Shown: positions 23,357-33,449, counted from the stretch's first letter. The stretch: 64,000 bases of DNA from Actinomycetes bacterium (GCA_014190035.1 BJFU01000002.1:3190-67189); one strand, 5' to 3'. Translations and numbers: made by a program. The notes: a model not told the origin generated them from the sequence alone.

Positions 23357-23923
23357 ATGACTGCTACTCAAACAAAAGTTACTCCACGTTTGAAGCAACG
23401 CTATGCAGCAGAAATTGCTCCAGCGTTACAAAAAGAATTCGGTTTCAAAAACGTTAACCAAGTTCCACGTTTAACAAAAATTGTTGTGAACATGGGTGTT
23501 GGTGAAGCTGCAAAAGATTCCAAACTTATTGAAGGTGCAGTAAGAGATTTAACAATCATTACTGGACAAAAACCAGCGATTGCCAAAGCTACAAAATCAA
23601 TTGCTAACTTCAAACTTCGTGAACACCAACCAATTGGTGCACATGTAACAATTCGTGGTGACAGAATGTGGGAATTCCTAGATCGTCTATTAGCTGTTGG
23701 TTTGCCACGTATCAGAGATTTTCGTGGTCTATCACCAAAACAGTTTGATGGCAGAGGAAACTACACATTTGGTTTAACCGAACAATCTGTGTTTATTGAA
23801 ATTCCTCAAGATTCAATCGATCGCCCTCGCGGTATGGACATCACAATTGTCACAACTGCAAACAACAATGATGAAGGACGCGCATTGCTTAAATTGCTCG
23901 GCTTTCCGTTCAAGGAGGCATAA
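23357..23923 (+). CDS. rplE: 50S ribosomal protein L5
   Basis: 188 aa, conserved sequence and order. Confidence 0.97.
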   Translation: MTATQTKVTPRLKQRYAAEIAPALQKEFGFKNVNQVPRLTKIVVNMGVGEAAKDSKLIEGAVRDLTIITGQKPAIAKATKSIANFKLREHQPIGAHVTIRGDRMWEFLDRLLAVGLPRIRDFRGLSPKQFDGRGNYTFGLTEQSVFIEIPQDSIDRPRGMDITIVTTANNNDEGRALLKLLGFPFKEA

Positions 23924-23926
23924 CCA

Positions 23927-24112
23927 ATGGCAAAGACTTCGATTGTTCAAAAACAACAACGCAAACCAAAGTTTAAAGTTCGCGCATACACACGTTGTGG
24001 AGCATGTGGAAGACAACGTGCAGTTTATCGAAAATTCAACTTGTGCCGCATTTGTTTCAGAAACAAAGCACACAAAGGTGAACTACCAGGTATTACCAAG
24101 AGCAGTTGGTAA
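23927..24112 (+). CDS. rpsN: 30S ribosomal protein S14 type Z (zinc-binding form)
   Basis: 61 aa with CGAC...CRIC (two CxxC pairs). Confidence 0.95.
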   Translation: MAKTSIVQKQQRKPKFKVRAYTRCGACGRQRAVYRKFNLCRICFRNKAHKGELPGITKSSW

Positions 24113-24131
24113 GAAAACAAGACGCTGAAGG

Positions 24132-24152
24132 TCTGATTCATATTGAATCAGA
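24132..24152 (+). other. Perfect 9-bp hairpin in the rpsN-rpsH spacer
   Basis: TCTGATTCA-TAT-TGAATCAGA, in one of the few non-trivial spacers (68 nt) of the spc cluster. Confidence 0.4.
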
Positions 24153-24180
24153 AACCACAACGAGAAAGGCCTAAAAAGCC

Positions 24181-24579
24181 ATGACAATGACAGATCCGAT
24201 CGCGGACATGTTGGCACGTTTGCGTAACGCAAACACAGCTCACCATGACACTGTTGCGATGCCATATTCCAAAATTAAGAAAAACATTGCCGAAATTTTG
24301 AAAGCAGAAGGCTACATCAAAGGATGGAAAGCTGAACCTGCCCGAGTTGGACAAAGTTTAGTTTTAGATCTTAAATACGGCCCAAGTCGTGAAAGATCTC
24401 TTTCTGGTTTAAGAAGAGTTTCACGTCCAGGTCTAAGAGTTTATGCAAAAAATGACACAATGCCAAAAGTATTAGGTGGTCTTGGTATTGCCATCATTTC
24501 AACTTCAACTGGTTTATTAACCGACAAACAAGCAGCCAAGAAAGGCGTAGGCGGAGAAGTCCTTGCCTACGTTTGGTAA
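24181..24579 (+). CDS. rpsH: 30S ribosomal protein S8
   Basis: 132 aa, [18 protein letters not shown]-terminus. Confidence 0.97.
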   Translation: MTMTDPIADMLARLRNANTAHHDTVAMPYSKIKKNIAEILKAEGYIKGWKAEPARVGQSLVLDLKYGPSRERSLSGLRRVSRPGLRVYAKNDTMPKVLGGLGIAIISTSTGLLTDKQAAKKGVGGEVLAYVW

Positions 24580-24584
24580 TCATC

Positions 24585-25124
24585 ATGTCTAGAGTCGGTA
24601 AAAAATTAGTTACAGTGCCAAACGGTGTAGAAATTAATATCGCTGGCACCAAAGTAGATGTTAAAGGTCCAAAAGGTCAATTGAGTATTAATTTGCCTGA
24701 TGCCATAACAATCAAGAAAAATGAAGATGGCACATATTCATTGGATCGTGCAACAGAAGAAACCAAAAACAAAGCACTTCATGGTTTGTCTAGATCATTA
24801 GTTGCCAACATGGTTAAAGGGGTAACCGATGGTTATTCCAAAACTTTAGAAATCGTTGGAACTGGTTACAAAGTAACTGCCAAAGGAAATGATCTTGAAT
24901 TTGCTCTTGGTTATTCACACCCAGTGTTATTTCCAGCACCTGCTGGAATTTCATTCAAGGTTGAATCCCCAACTAGATTCCAAATTTTAGGAATTGACAA
25001 ACAAGCTGTGGGCGAAACTGCCGCAAAGGTTCGAAAGCTTCGTAAACAAGATCCTTACAAGGGTAAAGGTATTCGATTTGATAACGAAGTTATTAGACGT
25101 AAAGCTGGAAAGGCTGGTAAGTAA
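24585..25124 (+). CDS. rplF: 50S ribosomal protein L6
   Basis: The ORF track starts at a TTG at 24573 inside the rpsH stop region. The ATG at 24585 (MSRVGKK...) matches the usual L6 N-terminus. Confidence 0.95.
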   Translation: MSRVGKKLVTVPNGVEINIAGTKVDVKGPKGQLSINLPDAITIKKNEDGTYSLDRATEETKNKALHGLSRSLVANMVKGVTDGYSKTLEIVGTGYKVTAKGNDLEFALGYSHPVLFPAPAGISFKVESPTRFQILGIDKQAVGETAAKVRKLRKQDPYKGKGIRFDNEVIRRKAGKAGK

Positions 25125-25127
25125 ATC

Positions 25128-25502
25128 ATGAGTAAATTCACCAGACCTGGAAAAAACTTAAGCAAAAAGTCTGCTTCTAGAAGAAGAAGACATATTCGAG
25201 TAAGAAAGAAAATTACTGGCACAACACTAAAGCCACGTTTAGTTGTTACTCGTTCTTTGCGAAATGTAAGCGTGCAAGTAATTGATGACTTGACTGGTAA
25301 AACTTTGGCATATGCCTCTTCAATCGAAGAAGGTGTTGCGGGAGATAAAACAGCACAAGCAAAAGTTGTTGGCAAAAAGGTTGCAGAACGTGCAACTGCT
25401 GCTGGCATCAAAGATGTTGTGTTTGATCGCGCCGGACGCAAGTACCACGGACGAGTCGCTGCTTTAGCTGATGGTGCACGTGAAGGAGGTCTTACTTTCT
25501 AA
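25128..25502 (+). CDS. rplR: 50S ribosomal protein L18
   Basis: 124 aa, conserved sequence and order. Confidence 0.96.
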   Translation: MSKFTRPGKNLSKKSASRRRRHIRVRKKITGTTLKPRLVVTRSLRNVSVQVIDDLTGKTLAYASSIEEGVAGDKTAQAKVVGKKVAERATAAGIKDVVFDRAGRKYHGRVAALADGAREGGLTF

Positions 25503-26119
25503 TGGCTGCAAAGACATCTAATCTAAACGGCACAGAAGAACGCCCAAATCGTCGCGAACGTCGCGAAAGAAATGAAGGCGGAGCTCGTGAAAAAGAAAAA
25601 TCACAGTTCATTGAACGTGTGGTTTTCATTAACCGTGTAGCAAAAGTTGTGAAAGGTGGACGTCGTTTCGCATTCACAGCTCTTGTAGTAGTTGGCGATG
25701 GCAATGGCATGGTTGGTATTGGTTATGGCAAAGCACGCGAAGTGCCACAAGCAATTCAAAAAGCTGTTGAAGAAGCTAAAAAATCTTTCTTTAAAGTTCC
25801 TCGAGTTCAAGGAACTATTCCTCATCCAATAACAGGTGAAGCAGCAGCAGGAATTGTTATGCTTCGTCCTGCCTCTCCAGGTACTGGTGTTATTGCTGGT
25901 GGACCTGTGCGTGCAGTTTTGGAAGCAGCAGGAATTCATGACGTATTGACAAAGTCTCTAGGTTCAGGAAATGCAATTAACGTGGTTCATGCCACAGTTG
26001 ATGCATTAAAGAAACTAGAAAGACCAGAACAAGTTGCAGCAAGACGTGGACTAAGCGTTGAACACGTTGTCCCAGCCGCAATCTTGAAAGCACAAGCTGC
26101 AGAAAAAGCTGGTGTTTAA
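25502..26119 (+). CDS. rpsE: 30S ribosomal protein S5
   Basis: 205 aa with an Arg/Glu-rich N-terminal extension, TAATG overlap with rplR. Confidence 0.96.
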   Translation: MAAKTSNLNGTEERPNRRERRERNEGGAREKEKSQFIERVVFINRVAKVVKGGRRFAFTALVVVGDGNGMVGIGYGKAREVPQAIQKAVEEAKKSFFKVPRVQGTIPHPITGEAAAGIVMLRPASPGTGVIAGGPVRAVLEAAGIHDVLTKSLGSGNAINVVHATVDALKKLERPEQVAARRGLSVEHVVPAAILKAQAAEKAGV

Positions 26120-26120
26120 T

Positions 26121-26303
26121 ATGTCAAATTTCAAAATCAAACAAATTAAGTCATCTATTGGTGGAACAAAAATCCAATTAGATACCTTAAAGACTTTAGG
26201 TTTAGGAAAAATTGGTTCTGAATCAGTTAAACCTGATCGTCCAGAATTTCGTGGAATGCTTCGAAGCGTTGCACACTTAGTAACTGTTGAGGAGGTTAAG
26301 TAA
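26121..26303 (+). CDS. rpmD: 50S ribosomal protein L30
   Basis: The ATG at 26121 (MSNFKIKQIKS) is preferred over the GTG at 26112, which overlaps rpsE. Confidence 0.93.
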   Translation: MSNFKIKQIKSSIGGTKIQLDTLKTLGLGKIGSESVKPDRPEFRGMLRSVAHLVTVEEVK

Positions 26304-26306
26304 CCC

Positions 26307-26747
26307 ATGAGTATTAAAGTTCATCATCTTCGTCCAGCACCTGGTGCGAAAAAAGATAAGACTCGTAAAGGTCGCGGTGAAGCAAGTAAGGGTAAAACTG
26401 CAGGTCGAGGTACCAAAGGATCTGGTGCTCGTCGTAATTATTCTGCCGCTTTTGAAGGTGGCCAGATGCCATTACATATGCGTTTACCAAAACTTCGTGG
26501 ATTTACTCCGCCAAACAAAATTAAATATCAGGTAGTAAACGTTGCTGATATTTCAAGATTATTTCCACAAGGTGGCGAAGTTACTCCTGCTTCTTTAGTT
26601 AAAGTTGGCGCAATTAGAAAAGGTCAACCAGTTAAAGTATTAGGTTTTGGCGAAATTACTGTCAAAGTAACTGTTGTAGCTGACAAATTTAGTGAATCAG
26701 CCAGCAGCAAGATCGCCGCTGCAGGCGGATCAATTAAAGCTCTTTAG
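26307..26747 (+). CDS. rplO: 50S ribosomal protein L15
   Basis: 146 aa, conserved sequence and order. Confidence 0.96.
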   Translation: MSIKVHHLRPAPGAKKDKTRKGRGEASKGKTAGRGTKGSGARRNYSAAFEGGQMPLHMRLPKLRGFTPPNKIKYQVVNVADISRLFPQGGEVTPASLVKVGAIRKGQPVKVLGFGEITVKVTVVADKFSESASSKIAAAGGSIKAL

Positions 26748-26756
26748 GAGTTTGTT

Positions 26757-28076
26757 TTGAACATAAATTTTGCGTGGTTAACGGATGCGTTTCGCACACC
26801 TGATTTACGACGCAAAATTCTGTTCACACTGGGCATGCTTGCCCTTTATCGTCTAGGTACCACAATTCCAACACCTGGTGTTGACTATCCAGCAATTCAA
26901 CAATGTGTGGAATTAGTACAAGGTGACTCTCTTTATGGAGTCATTAATTTATTTTCTGGTGGAGCGTTACTACAACTAAGTGTTTTCGCCCTGGGAATTA
27001 TGCCCTACATCACTGCATCGATCATTATTCAATTATTAACTGTTGTTATTCCTCGTTTAGAAATGTTGAAAAAAGAAGGCCAATCTGGTCAAGCAATAAT
27101 TACTCAATACACCCGCTATGTAACTATTGGTTTAGGGCTATTGCAAGCAACTTCAATTTTGGCTCTTGCTAGAACCCCAGGACAATTATTAAGAGGTTGT
27201 CCAAATGACATTATTCCTAACCAAACTTTGCCAGTAATGATTTCCATGGTCTTAACCATGACTGCAGGAACAGCATTGGTTATGTGGTTTGGTGAGTTAA
27301 TCACTCAACGCGGTGTTGGTAATGGAATGTCATTATTGATTTTTGCATCAATTATTTCTTCAATTCCAAGTCAATTTGCAGCGATTTTAACAATTAATGG
27401 TCTTTTCACATTCGTGGCAACTGCAGCAATAGGAATCACAATTATTGCTGGTGTGGTTTTTGTGGAGCAAGCACAAAGAAGAATTCCAGTGCAATACGCC
27501 AAGAGAATGGTCGGAAGAGCTTCTTATGGTGGAACTTCAACTTATATTCCTTTGAAAGTAAATATGGCTGGAGTTATTCCAGTAATTTTTGCTTCATCTT
27601 TGCTTTATATTCCTTCTCTGTTAGTGCAACTTTCAGCTTCACAAAGTGCTTGGGCTCAATGGGTTTCTCGTAATTTTCAAAACGGAACAGAAGTTCCTTA
27701 CATTATTACTTACGCATTATTGATCGTTTTCTTTGCTTATTTCTATTCATCAATTACTTTTGATCCTAAAGAAGTAGCTGAAAATATGAAGAAATATGGT
27801 GGATTTATCCCAGGAATTAGAGCAGGAAATCCAACCGCTGAATACTTAAAATATGTGTTATCAAGATTGATGGCAGCAGGTTCAACTTATTTGACGATAA
27901 TTGCAGTCATTCCATTCATTGCCTTTGGCGCACTTGGTGTTGGTGATCGATTCTTATTCGGTGGAACAAGTTTGTTGATTATGGTTGGTGTTGGTTTGGA
28001 CACTGTTAAACAGATTGAAAGTCAATTACAACAAAGAAGCTACGAAGGCTTCTTAAAACAAAATCCAACGATTTAA
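26757..28076 (+). CDS. secY: Preprotein translocase subunit SecY
   Basis: 439 aa, TTG start, 10 TM helices, conserved SecY sequence. Confidence 0.97.
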   Translation: MNINFAWLTDAFRTPDLRRKILFTLGMLALYRLGTTIPTPGVDYPAIQQCVELVQGDSLYGVINLFSGGALLQLSVFALGIMPYITASIIIQLLTVVIPRLEMLKKEGQSGQAIITQYTRYVTIGLGLLQATSILALARTPGQLLRGCPNDIIPNQTLPVMISMVLTMTAGTALVMWFGELITQRGVGNGMSLLIFASIISSIPSQFAAILTINGLFTFVATAAIGITIIAGVVFVEQAQRRIPVQYAKRMVGRASYGGTSTYIPLKVNMAGVIPVIFASSLLYIPSLLVQLSASQSAWAQWVSRNFQNGTEVPYIITYALLIVFFAYFYSSITFDPKEVAENMKKYGGFIPGIRAGNPTAEYLKYVLSRLMAAGSTYLTIIAVIPFIAFGALGVGDRFLFGGTSLLIMVGVGLDTVKQIESQLQQRSYEGFLKQNPTI

Positions 28077-28080
28077 TTAA

Positions 28081-28644
28081 ATGCGCCTATTAATTATGGG
28101 CCCACCGGGTGCGGGCAAAGGCACACAAGCGGTAAATATTGCAAAAACACTTAATATTCCTCACATTTCGACAGGAGATATTTTTCGTGAAAATATGAAG
28201 AATGAAACTCCTCTTGGACTTGAAGCTAAAGCATTTTACGATAAAGGAATGTATGTTCCAGATGAAGTTACAAACAGAATTGTTGAAGACAGACTCACCT
28301 GGGATGATGCAAAAAATGGCTTTTTATTAGATGGCTATCCAAGAACTATTGATCAGGTAAATTTCTTAGACCAAATTCTTTCTAAGAAATCTCAAAAAAT
28401 TGAAAAAGTTCTAGAACTAACTATAGATATTCCAGTTGTTGTGGGAAGACTTTTGAAACGTGCCCAAGAGCAGGGAAGAATTGATGATACGAAAGAAGTA
28501 ATCACAAAAAGATTAGAAGTTTATGCAACTTCAACTGCACCGCTTTTGGCGGAATATAAAAATCGTGGAATTTTGATTCAAGTAGATGGTATGGGTTCAG
28601 TTAGTGAAGTTGAAGAAAAGATTAATTTAGCTTTAGGAAGTTAA
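28081..28644 (+). CDS. adk: Adenylate kinase (short-lid type)
   Basis: 187 aa, P-loop GPPGAGKGTQ, no Cys-containing lid. Confidence 0.96.
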   Translation: MRLLIMGPPGAGKGTQAVNIAKTLNIPHISTGDIFRENMKNETPLGLEAKAFYDKGMYVPDEVTNRIVEDRLTWDDAKNGFLLDGYPRTIDQVNFLDQILSKKSQKIEKVLELTIDIPVVVGRLLKRAQEQGRIDDTKEVITKRLEVYATSTAPLLAEYKNRGILIQVDGMGSVSEVEEKINLALGS

Positions 28645-29153
28645 CTAGTCCAATAAACTGGAATTTGAATTTCGTTTCTTTTCAAAAATGATGGTTTAAA
28701 TGGTGGATCAAATCTTGCACTTCGCCAATTATTTTCACCACCTATTTCTTTGATCGATTCTCTAATTAATGCCCCTTTTAATAATTTTAGATTTTTATCT
28801 AATTTGGCTTCTGAATAATTTCCAGAAAATTTCAGGCAAGCATAGAAACCTTGCGGTATTTGTTTAATTTCAACATCTGAATTTTTTGAAATTGGCAGAC
28901 TTGATACATCTGAACCACTTGGCATCACGAAAGATATTTTCCATTGGTCACTTTTGACTGGAATTTGAATTACTGGGGCAGTCATAGAAATATTGTTTTG
29001 AGATATGTAATTAAACAATGGACGAAATCCATAGCTTCCTGCTTGATTCATTGATCCATCTACGCTTACTTCAGCAATTAAGCAAGGCTCATAATCTCGA
29101 ATTTCAAAGTCTGTGAATTTCTTCACGACTTTATATTTTTGCTGCTCGGTCAT
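28641..29153 (-). CDS. SOUL/HBP-family heme-binding-like protein
   Basis: 170 aa. YKVVKKFTDFEIRDYEP...GFRPLFNYISQNNISMTAPV resembles the SOUL family signature. From recollection, no search run. Confidence 0.7.
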   Translation of the reverse strand: MTEQQKYKVVKKFTDFEIRDYEPCLIAEVSVDGSMNQAGSYGFRPLFNYISQNNISMTAPVIQIPVKSDQWKISFVMPSGSDVSSLPISKNSDVEIKQIPQGFYACLKFSGNYSEAKLDKNLKLLKGALIRESIKEIGGENNWRSARFDPPFKPSFLKRNEIQIPVYWTS

Positions 29154-29923
29154 AGTTTTGTTAAAATTTCAGGCCCATTTGCAGTTATTGCAATCGTATT
29201 TTCCCAATGGCTGGCAAAAGAACCTTCACTGGAAACAACTGTCCAGTCATCTTCTAGAACATGAACTTTATTGCTTCCCAAAACCAACATTGGTTCAATC
29301 GCAATTGCCATACCAATTTTTAGTTCAGGTCCAGTTCCTGCTTTGCCGTAATTTGGAACACTTGGAGCCATATGCATTTCAGTTCCAATGCCATGTCCTA
29401 CATAGTCTTCTAAGATTCCTATTTTTAGATCGTGATGAGTTCTAACGAATTTTTCAATAGCAAAACCAATATCGCCTATGTGTTTACCAGGTTGAGCTGC
29501 ATTTATTCCAATTTGTAATGCTTCTTTAGTGATATCACTGAGTTTTTGATGTTCTGGTTTTACGTTTCCAACGCCGATAGTTATTGCAGCATCACCGTGC
29601 CAACCTTCAATTATTGCTCCACAGTCAACACTTACTAGATCACCATCATTAATGAGTCTGTTCTCATTTGGTATTCCGTGCACCACTTCTTCATTTATCG
29701 AAACACAAATTACTGCTGGATATCCGTGATAACCCAAGAAGGAGGGCTGAGCTCCTTCTTTTTCCATGATTTGTCGAGCAATTAAGTCAAGATCAAGAGT
29801 CGTCATTCCAGGTTTGATTTGTGATTTGATTTCTTCTAAACAAAGTGCAACAACTCGACCAGCTTTGCGCATGATGGCAAATTGCTCAGGAGTTTTAATC
29901 TGAATTTGAGATTTATTAAACAT
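29150..29923 (-). CDS. map: Methionine aminopeptidase type I
   Basis: 257 aa. Metal ligands in the contexts VSVDCGA, HGD, GHGIG and AIEP. Opposite strand to adk. Confidence 0.95.
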   Translation of the reverse strand: MFNKSQIQIKTPEQFAIMRKAGRVVALCLEEIKSQIKPGMTTLDLDLIARQIMEKEGAQPSFLGYHGYPAVICVSINEEVVHGIPNENRLINDGDLVSVDCGAIIEGWHGDAAITIGVGNVKPEHQKLSDITKEALQIGINAAQPGKHIGDIGFAIEKFVRTHHDLKIGILEDYVGHGIGTEMHMAPSVPNYGKAGTGPELKIGMAIAIEPMLVLGSNKVHVLEDDWTVVSSEGSFASHWENTIAITANGPEILTKL

Positions 29924-29947
29924 TTGTCTCTAATCTACTTTACTTCC

Positions 29948-30601
29948 ATGTATATTAGAAAAGTGGTTAGATTCTTGTTAATTACTCATGTACTAGCCGG
30001 CGCTACCGCACTCATAAGCGCTTTTGGGGCAATATCAACTAAAAAGGGTGCTACTAGACATATTTTTGTAGGTCGAATTTATTCTGTTGCAATGGCTTAT
30101 GTGGTAATTGGTGCATCGGTAATATCGGTTCTAAGACCAAATCCATTCTTATTCTCCATCGCTTTATTTAGTGGATATTTAGTTTGGACAGGGTATAGGC
30201 GTGCACGTTTTAAACTTCAAGATTTGACCAAAGTAGACAAAAACACTGTGACAGTTGGGAAGATAATAGTTCTTATTTTGATTGGATATGGGACTTTTAT
30301 ACTTATCAACGGTGAAACTTTAGGGATAGTTTTACTAGTTTTTGGGATCACCACTTATATATTTGTGCGAGAAGACTCTAGAGCATTAAAAGTAAATTTA
30401 TATAAATCGAAATACAGAATTGCAAATCACTTACAAAGAATGTTAGGCGGAACAATTGCGACGATCACAGCTGTTTTAGTCCAACAAGTTGTGCCAAGAA
30501 TTGAGGGAACAAGCTTTCCTGCTTTTATCGTCTGGCTAGCTCCAACAATTCTTATAACTCCATTAATAACTTATTGGTCTAGAAAAATCTTAACCAAATA
30601 A
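29948..30601 (+). CDS. Hypothetical 6-TM membrane protein
   Basis: The internal ATG at 29948 (MYIRKVVRF...) avoids overlap with map. Hydrophobic helices throughout, family not recognised with confidence. Confidence 0.65.
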   Translation: MYIRKVVRFLLITHVLAGATALISAFGAISTKKGATRHIFVGRIYSVAMAYVVIGASVISVLRPNPFLFSIALFSGYLVWTGYRRARFKLQDLTKVDKNTVTVGKIIVLILIGYGTFILINGETLGIVLLVFGITTYIFVREDSRALKVNLYKSKYRIANHLQRMLGGTIATITAVLVQQVVPRIEGTSFPAFIVWLAPTILITPLITYWSRKILTK

Positions 30602-30602
30602 T

Positions 30603-31265
30603 TTACCAAGGCTCTTGTGGTTCAAGAACTCTCCAGCAATACCAAGCAGCAATTGATCGATAAGGGGAGAAGGGATCTCCCAGCGGTTCCATTTGTTTTT
30701 CATTAGGCATTTCTTTTAATCCATGAGAAATTTGCCAGCCTCTTCTTACAGCTAAGTCTCCTACTGGCCAAACATCAAGTCTTCCCATGGTGAACATTAA
30801 AAACATTTCTGCAGTCCATCTACCAATTCCCCACTGAGAACTAAGCATCTTTACTGCTTCGTCATTTGAGGCGTCTTTGAGTTGAGCTAGATCAATTTCT
30901 TTACTCAAATGCGCATTTGCTAAACCATGAATAGTTTTAACCTTAGAGGCAGATAAACCTGCAGACCTTAATTCTTTTTCAGTTCGGTTTGCCAAAATTC
31001 TGGGAGTTATTTTGTTATTGGCAAGCTTTTTTACTTTTTGGTTTATTGTTGATGCAGCAGACGAAGAGATTTGTTGGGCAATTACTGAACGAACAAGTGA
31101 TTCAAAATATGAATTAACAGACTGTTCTTGGGGCTTCAAGTTACACACATCACTGACCTCAATGACTTTTCTTAAATGAGGACAAGTTAACTTCACATGC
31201 TCAATACCATTTTTTAGGTGTGTTGAATGAGCAACCATGGTGATACTTAATCTATTTGGTGTCAA
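30603..31265 (-). CDS. HhH-GPD DNA glycosylase, AlkA-like (3-methyladenine DNA glycosylase II family)
   Basis: 220 aa. Helix-hairpin-helix WGIGRWTAEMFLMF and catalytic-Asp region VWPVGDLAVRRG. Start is the TTG at 31265 or the ATG at 31238. Confidence 0.8.
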   Translation of the reverse strand: MTPNRLSITMVAHSTHLKNGIEHVKLTCPHLRKVIEVSDVCNLKPQEQSVNSYFESLVRSVIAQQISSSAASTINQKVKKLANNKITPRILANRTEKELRSAGLSASKVKTIHGLANAHLSKEIDLAQLKDASNDEAVKMLSSQWGIGRWTAEMFLMFTMGRLDVWPVGDLAVRRGWQISHGLKEMPNEKQMEPLGDPFSPYRSIAAWYCWRVLEPQEPW

Positions 31266-31268
31266 AAT

Positions 31269-31595
31269 ATGTTTATGCTCAAGAACTGGAATTCTCGCTC
31301 AATTGTTTACCTTTTGCTTTCGGTTGCTGGCCTTATCGGAACCTGGTATTTCAATTTATTAGCAATTAAGCAAGGTCGAGACTTTCTTGCAGACTGGGGC
31401 AGTACACCCGCCGTATCTTCTGCCACAACAGATTTATTAATTGCTGCATCTGCCGCAAGTATTTTTATGTTTTATGAAAGTAAAAGACTCAAAATGAAGT
31501 ATGGATGGTTATTTATTTTAGGTTCATTTGTTACTGCTATTGCTTTTACTTTTCCCTTGTTCTTAGCGTTTAGGGAAAGAAAGTTAGCTTCTTAA
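31269..31595 (+). CDS. Small 3-TM membrane protein (possibly DUF2834-like)
   Basis: 108 aa, three hydrophobic helices. The family guess is weak. Confidence 0.6.
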   Translation: MFMLKNWNSRSIVYLLLSVAGLIGTWYFNLLAIKQGRDFLADWGSTPAVSSATTDLLIAASAASIFMFYESKRLKMKYGWLFILGSFVTAIAFTFPLFLAFRERKLAS

Positions 31596-33445
31596 ACTAA
31601 AGACTTTTCATTTGCGTTGTTAAAAACTAATGGAACAGTTACAGTAAGCAAAGTCTGTTCATTTTTATTGCTAAATTCTAGATCTACTCCTAATGCCCTT
31701 AAGGTTGAGAATCCAATACCTGATTTATCTGAATTATCTACAATAGGTTTCCCGTTATTAGAAATTAAGAGTTTAAGTTCAGCTAGAGATTGATCAAGTT
31801 GCGCTGTTACTGAAATCATATCTGCTTTGCCATGTCGCACAGCGTTTGAAATAGATTCATTTAATACGTCTTCAAATGCACTTCTAAGCCAATCATTAGA
31901 GTTCAAAATGTATTCTGCAGAAGAGTCCATATTCATATCAATTTTTACAATATCCATCCAATTATTTTGGATTTCCGAATAAATGTTTTCAACATTCTTA
32001 GGTTTACTTTCTGTCCACTCAGTTAACTTACGTAAATCTTCTCGTGCCTCATCAACCATCTTCTCTAGTTGAACAGTAACTTTTGCTAGAGATTCCTTTG
32101 AAATGAATTGAGATTGGTTTTGCCCAGAAGTATTTTCTAATAAAAGCGCTGCGGCAGTGAATTTACTTTGAATTCGACCATGAACAGTATCTGTAAAAAT
32201 CTTTTGAATACGTCTGATTGATTCAAGTGCTGTACCCGCTGCGTTCCTGCATTCAATAATTTCTGAAATAGTTTTAGCTTGAATTCTGCCTCCTTCACCA
32301 GTAACTCCATATATAACGCCACTTACAAACATTCCTAATAAGGCCCAAAGCGGGAGGAAGTACACCCATATCCCAATTGCTGTGTGTGAATTTACTGGCA
32401 ACAAGACTAGGAGAGCGTTCTCTAAAACCAACCCATACAACGTGTAAGGCCATGTTATAAAAATCAATCTTTTGCGGGAAGAGTATTTAGATAACTTGGG
32501 ACGTAGCCATCTCTGGGAAAACATAAAAATAAAATTAAGCAAAGCAACAATGGCAACTACTATAAGCGAAGTCTCTAGGCCTACATATACATAACTCAAA
32601 ATAAAGCTGATTGCGAAATACGGTAACCAAACAACTGAAGGAAAGAAATTCCAAGTTTTAGTTAGGTTGCTAATTTTTATAGATGAATTTACGGCGATTG
32701 AGAAGTCTTCTTTGTCAATATTAGAGTTCAATAAATTATTACCTTCGTCATATTTTAAATGGCTAATTGCTCGTATTACTATTTGATTCCACTCTTTTAT
32801 CGTTTCAGTAAATATTAAAAGTTCCTTTGGTGTTACATCACTACTCTTTGTCAAATTAAGGTACATTTTTTCAATTTGATTGATCGCAGGAGAAATTTGG
32901 GAAGTTACACATTTAAGTAAATCATTCTGGTAGTTACTTAGGTTTTTAAGCGACTCGGTTCTGACATGGCTCATCATTCTAAGTTCTGTGTTTAATTTTT
33001 TTAGTTCTTCAAATTCACGATCTATGAAATCAAGAATAATTGTTATTGTTGCAAATATTATTATAAATGCAGGAACTGAAACAATTCTCGATAGTAGAGC
33101 GTCATTTTGTCCCACAAAGTAATCACTGAAAAAATCAGCAGAAAAGATTCTGATAAAGCCAGCAAAAGCAAAGACAATCAAAACTTTCCAAAGATTTTGA
33201 GTCTCTATTTTTCTTTTTCTAATCAATGTCTTATGTGCAATATAAAAGGTAAGTCCTGTAGAAAGATGAACGATAACTGCTAAAAGATATAAATCATTAC
33301 TAGATTCAAAATCGCGTGATCCATCATAGTTTAGCGTTGTAATTAACGAAAATGGAATAAATAGTAACCAAGAAATCCATGAGGCTAACCATTTTCCACC
33401 TAAACGTTGCTTAATGGAAATTCGTGGTTTTTGAATATAATCCAT
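31592..33445 (-). CDS. Atypical membrane-embedded sensor histidine kinase
   Basis: 617 aa with two blocks of TM helices separated by a coiled-coil-like segment. Candidate H-box TDTVHGRIQSKF. C-terminal HATPase_c motifs ESISNAVRHG (N-box), SNNG and GIGFSTL (G-boxes). Confidence 0.75.
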   Translation of the reverse strand: MDYIQKPRISIKQRLGGKWLASWISWLLFIPFSLITTLNYDGSRDFESSNDLYLLAVIVHLSTGLTFYIAHKTLIRKRKIETQNLWKVLIVFAFAGFIRIFSADFFSDYFVGQNDALLSRIVSVPAFIIIFATITIILDFIDREFEELKKLNTELRMMSHVRTESLKNLSNYQNDLLKCVTSQISPAINQIEKMYLNLTKSSDVTPKELLIFTETIKEWNQIVIRAISHLKYDEGNNLLNSNIDKEDFSIAVNSSIKISNLTKTWNFFPSVVWLPYFAISFILSYVYVGLETSLIVVAIVALLNFIFMFSQRWLRPKLSKYSSRKRLIFITWPYTLYGLVLENALLVLLPVNSHTAIGIWVYFLPLWALLGMFVSGVIYGVTGEGGRIQAKTISEIIECRNAAGTALESIRRIQKIFTDTVHGRIQSKFTAAALLLENTSGQNQSQFISKESLAKVTVQLEKMVDEAREDLRKLTEWTESKPKNVENIYSEIQNNWMDIVKIDMNMDSSAEYILNSNDWLRSAFEDVLNESISNAVRHGKADMISVTAQLDQSLAELKLLISNNGKPIVDNSDKSGIGFSTLRALGVDLEFSNKNEQTLLTVTVPLVFNNANEKSLV

Positions 33446-33449
33446 CTAT

